Shown: piece after piece, positions 61,067 to 64,000 of the stretch | Layout of the letters: each line of letters starts with the position of its first letter | Position numbering within the stretch: the stretch's first letter is position 1 | DNA from: an uncultured Clostridia bacterium | Lineage (GTDB): Bacteria > Bacillota > Clostridia > Christensenellales > DTU072 | Length of the DNA: 64,000 nt | Direction of reading: 5' to 3' | Assembly: GCA_944372095.1 (NCBI GenBank) | Contig: CALVYG010000001.1 | Span: 26,036 to 90,035, forward strand | Notes under the pieces: model-generated | What the model was told of the DNA's origin: nothing | Seen by the model: the letters and a program-made list of their open reading frames with translations, nothing else | The model's database searches: none | Made by a program: the position numbers and the translations under genes

Positions 61067-62734
61067 TCACACGGTTTGCCGCAAACCGGCTTCTTTCTTC
61101 TTTGCTTTTCCCGACAAAACAGCCGCTATTACGGATATGACCAGAACGATAACGGAAGCTATTAACGCAATCAGAATTCCGATACTCGCAAAAACCTCGC
61201 TTGCCGTAACAATATCTCCGATAACTAATCCGCAAATCAATAAAGCCGCACCGATGACACCGACCGCACCGAATATCGGAAACGCCGCATTCGCTTTTCC
61301 CGAAATCAACCCGATAATACCGCACACAAGACAAGCTACCGCGCCGACGCACATCACTATTATTCCTATCGAAGGAAGCAACGCGCCGACTCCGCTATCC
61401 GGTAATATATCCGCAAACGAATTACCTTCTTTTATGAACAGTGAAGTCAGAATATCGATATTGTTTTCACCGGAAACGTAACCGAAAGCCGTAACGGAAT
61501 CAGATAAAAGTACCGTCAAAATCACCGCTATCGTAAGCAAAGCCGCTATTATCGAGCATACCTTTACCGCTCCCGAGCCCTTTATTTGATTTTTTACCTC
61601 TTTTTTTTTACCGGGTTTTACATAAATCTGAGAAGGAGCGTTCCTTTTCTGCTCGGAAGGCATTTCGTCCGGAACAAATCTATATACGGTTTTCGACAAA
61701 CCGTACTGATAAATCGGCTGCTGACTGTTGACATAAGGCACTATCGTAAGCGGTTGAACGTTTCCGCCCGTTACTCCGCCGTAAGTCTGCGCCGCTCCGC
61801 GCCTGCCGTAAAGCAGTTCTCTTTCCGCTTTTATTCTTTCGTCTACCGCTCTTTCTATCGCTTCTCTTTCTACTTTGTATTTCGAATAAGCGTTAATTTC
61901 CGCAATCCTCTTTTCTTCCGCAACCCTGTCCATTGCCGCTCTCGAAATTGCGTCGCGTTCTATTCTAGCACGGTCTTCCGCCGCCTGCTCTCCCGCCACG
62001 ACTTTAAGAACAGCCCTTCTTGCCGCGCTCTTTTCCGCTTCGTCTATCGCGTTGGCTATCGTTTCCTGCGCTTTCTGTTCCGTGCTCTTTCTCTCCGCGG
62101 CAATACGTTCTTCCGCCGCGTTTTCTATTCCCGCCCGTTCCGATATAACGCGTTTCGCCGCGGCGTACAGCACTTTTTCCCTCTCAGAAGCTATCTGCTC
62201 TTCGATTTCGCGGTTCCTGCCGTTTATCGCTTCTTCCGCGCGTAGTTCCGCTGCTTTTACTTTTTCGTCGGCTATTCTTTCCGCTTCTATTATTCTCAGC
62301 ACAGCGTCACGCGCCGTCGTTCTCTTTATGTCGTCGGTTTCCTGTTCAAGCTTCACCGCTTCCTGCGCGAGTATCTGCGCTTTCTCGTCCGCTACTCTGC
62401 TTTCCACTAACCGAACAAGCTGGTCCTGCATAGCTTCCTGTCTGTCCGTTGCGAGTCTCGCCTGTTCTTCGATGTATCTGTCCTTTATGCTGTCGGCATT
62501 TCTCATCTTGCCCATCGCATTCAGGTATTCGCTTCTCGGACGTCTTTTTCCGCATCTTACGCAATTCGGCGACGATATTGCATTCACCTTTCCGCAATAC
62601 TCGCATATATACGAAAGCTGGTCCAAACTGACGTTCACTTCCATTTCTTCCGCCGCCGTCTTTTCGGCAGTTTTCTCTTCTGCCGTAATTCCGGTGTTTT
62701 CGTAGGTGTTGTCGGTCGTTGTTGTATCTACCAT
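61067..62734 (-). CDS. Hypothetical zinc-ribbon + long coiled-coil + four-TM protein
   Basis: SD AAGGAG before ATG 62734 (MVDTT); CEYCG-x8-CVRCGKRRP; ~230 aa A/E/R-rich helix; VQPLTIVPYVNSQQP; four TM. Confidence 0.85.
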   Translation of the reverse strand: MVDTTTTDNTYENTGITAEEKTAEKTAAEEMEVNVSLDQLSYICEYCGKVNAISSPNCVRCGKRRPRSEYLNAMGKMRNADSIKDRYIEEQARLATDRQEAMQDQLVRLVESRVADEKAQILAQEAVKLEQETDDIKRTTARDAVLRIIEAERIADEKVKAAELRAEEAINGRNREIEEQIASEREKVLYAAAKRVISERAGIENAAEERIAAERKSTEQKAQETIANAIDEAEKSAARRAVLKVVAGEQAAEDRARIERDAISRAAMDRVAEEKRIAEINAYSKYKVEREAIERAVDERIKAERELLYGRRGAAQTYGGVTGGNVQPLTIVPYVNSQQPIYQYGLSKTVYRFVPDEMPSEQKRNAPSQIYVKPGKKKEVKNQIKGSGAVKVCSIIAALLTIAVILTVLLSDSVTAFGYVSGENNIDILTSLFIKEGNSFADILPDSGVGALLPSIGIIVMCVGAVACLVCGIIGLISGKANAAFPIFGAVGVIGAALLICGLVIGDIVTASEVFASIGILIALIASVIVLVISVIAAVLSGKAKKKEAGLRQTV

Positions 62735-62845
62735 TGTCGTCTCCTTGCTTTTTCTGCTTTTTCTTTCGGTTTCGGCTTTTTCCCGCCGAACCTTTTTCAC
62801 GCTGAACATTATTGTTCGCGCACGCCTACCTATATACGCTATTTT

Positions 62846-62874
62846 ATTATAAACTTATTTCTTTTTTTTTTCAA
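62846..62874 (-). promoter_or_regulatory. Sigma-A promoter at the head of the cluster, containing an A10 tract
   Basis: TTGAAA-17 nt-TATAAT; T10 on the plus strand at 62862-62871. Confidence 0.7.
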
Positions 62875-62942
62875 TACTTTTTTAAGATTTTCCCGAACTT
62901 TTTTACTTCCGTGCTCTTTTACCTGTCGTTTTTCGGCGCTTT

Positions 62943-64000
62943 TCAGCGGTTAAACGTATCTTTTAAGCCGACTATCAGATAACACAGCAGGTCTTTTCCG
63001 CGCTTTTCCGCCAGCTTATAATACCCTGAACGCATAAATTGAAATTGCTCTCCTTCTTCGTTTTCCGCAAGATACGGCTCTCCGAGCGCTCCCTTTACTA
63101 CCACAAGCGATTCCGGATTTATCCTTTCGTCGAATTCCTTTACTCCGTCTTTTTCGTCAAGAAGAAGGCTGTAATACTTGTTAAGCGTTAACTTAACCGC
63201 ATCGGACGCGTTCACCCACTGTACCACTCCTTTTACCTTTATCCCGGCATTTACTCCGCCTTTTGCCGAATCTTCGATGTATTCGCAGCGCACTTCCGTT
63301 ACTTCTCCGTTTTCTTCTTTATGCGAAACGTATTTCAGAATATACGCCCCTTTCAGCCTTACCATTCCCCCGGGGACAAGCCTGTGGTATTTCGGCGGAG
63401 GATTTACCGCAAAATCCGTTTTGTCGATATATATTTCTCTTCCGAATTTAACTTTGTGCGTTCCCGATTCCGGCATATTCGGATTGTTTTCCACTTCTAT
63501 GTCTTCTTCTCCCGACATATTCTCGATTATTACTTTAAGAGGATTTTCAACGACCATTACCCTGTTTGCTTTTTCATTGAGATAATCTCTTACGCAATGT
63601 TCCAATACCGCCGGGTCAACTTCGCTGTTCGCTTTCGCAACGCCTACCGTCGCGCAGAAATTCTTTATCGCTTCGGCAGGATACCCTCTTTTTCTCATTC
63701 CGCTCAGCGTAGGCATTCTCGGGTCGTCCCAACCTTCCACTATTCCGCTTTCTACGAGTTTTTTCAGATACCTCTTGCTCATTATCGTATTTTTTATATT
63801 CAGTCTTGCAAACTCGTATTGGTGCGGAGGGTTCTCAAATCCGCAGTTCTCGGTTACCCAATCGTATAATGGACGATGGTCTTCGAATTCAAGCGTGCAT
63901 ATCGAATGCGTTACTTTTTCGATTGCGTCTCCTATCGGATGCGCAAAATCGTACATAGGATATATCAGCCATTTATCGCCCGTATGGTGATGATGCGCCC
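62943..64000 (-). CDS. glnS: Glutamine-tRNA ligase, C-terminal part (5' end outside window)
   Basis: TGDKWLIYPMYDFAH, THSICTLEF, EFARL, MSKR, GWDDPRMPT, QFMRSGYY. Confidence 0.95.
   Translation of the reverse strand, partial: AHHHHTGDKWLIYPMYDFAHPIGDAIEKVTHSICTLEFEDHRPLYDWVTENCGFENPPHQYEFARLNIKNTIMSKRYLKKLVESGIVEGWDDPRMPTLSGMRKRGYPAEAIKNFCATVGVAKANSEVDPAVLEHCVRDYLNEKANRVMVVENPLKVIIENMSGEEDIEVENNPNMPESGTHKVKFGREIYIDKTDFAVNPPPKYHRLVPGGMVRLKGAYILKYVSHKEENGEVTEVRCEYIEDSAKGGVNAGIKVKGVVQWVNASDAVKLTLNKYYSLLLDEKDGVKEFDERINPESLVVVKGALGEPYLAENEEGEQFQFMRSGYYKLAEKRGKDLLCYLIVGLKDTFNR

Noticed and set aside
51321-61760. Idea that the transglutaminase cross-links the Gln-rich cluster motifs
   Set aside because: The motifs are predicted cytoplasmic while the enzyme is an exported lipoprotein, and a terminator separates the genes.
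1-64000. CRISPR arrays, tRNA/rRNA, IS elements, prophage, defence systems
   Set aside because: No regular repeat-spacer arrays, structural RNA signatures, transposase, integrase or nuclease motifs seen by eye.

Overview
Chromosomal window from a spore-forming Firmicute (Clostridia-like, probably an uncultured gut lineage; this is inference from gene content). About 50 CDS, mostly on the minus strand. I found no rRNA, tRNA, CRISPR array or IS element. Contents in order: a galU-glf-wzm/wzt polysaccharide locus; a dat-alr pair and neighbours with sporulation-sigma-like promoters; a 3133-aa BspA-type LRR lipoprotein; MarR-ABC exporter; CwlD-like amidase; uppP; ychF; an acyl-CoA synthetase; split metH plus metF; cysE-cysS-cysK; smpB-metY-metA-recF-argS; fbp; a transglutaminase-like lipoprotein; acpP; and partial glnS. 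Three things stand out. (1) An ~8.2-kb block (54517-62734) encodes nine unannotatable proteins: seven apparent four-TM paralogs and two soluble proteins, which share short motifs in mix-and-match fashion (QP-x-x-VPY, a Zn-ribbon-RP-Y module, Y-x-DYL-x-x-P, AGYGL). A probable eighth four-TM member lies at 37787-39127. This is a candidate undescribed membrane-scaffold system. (2) An unannotated 19-codon Val-rich leader peptide with a terminator/antiterminator pair precedes the acyl-CoA synthetase, i.e. a ribosome-mediated attenuator suggesting branched-chain acid salvage. (3) An orphan DnaA-box cluster at ~26.7 kb has no dnaA nearby and no switch in gene orientation.
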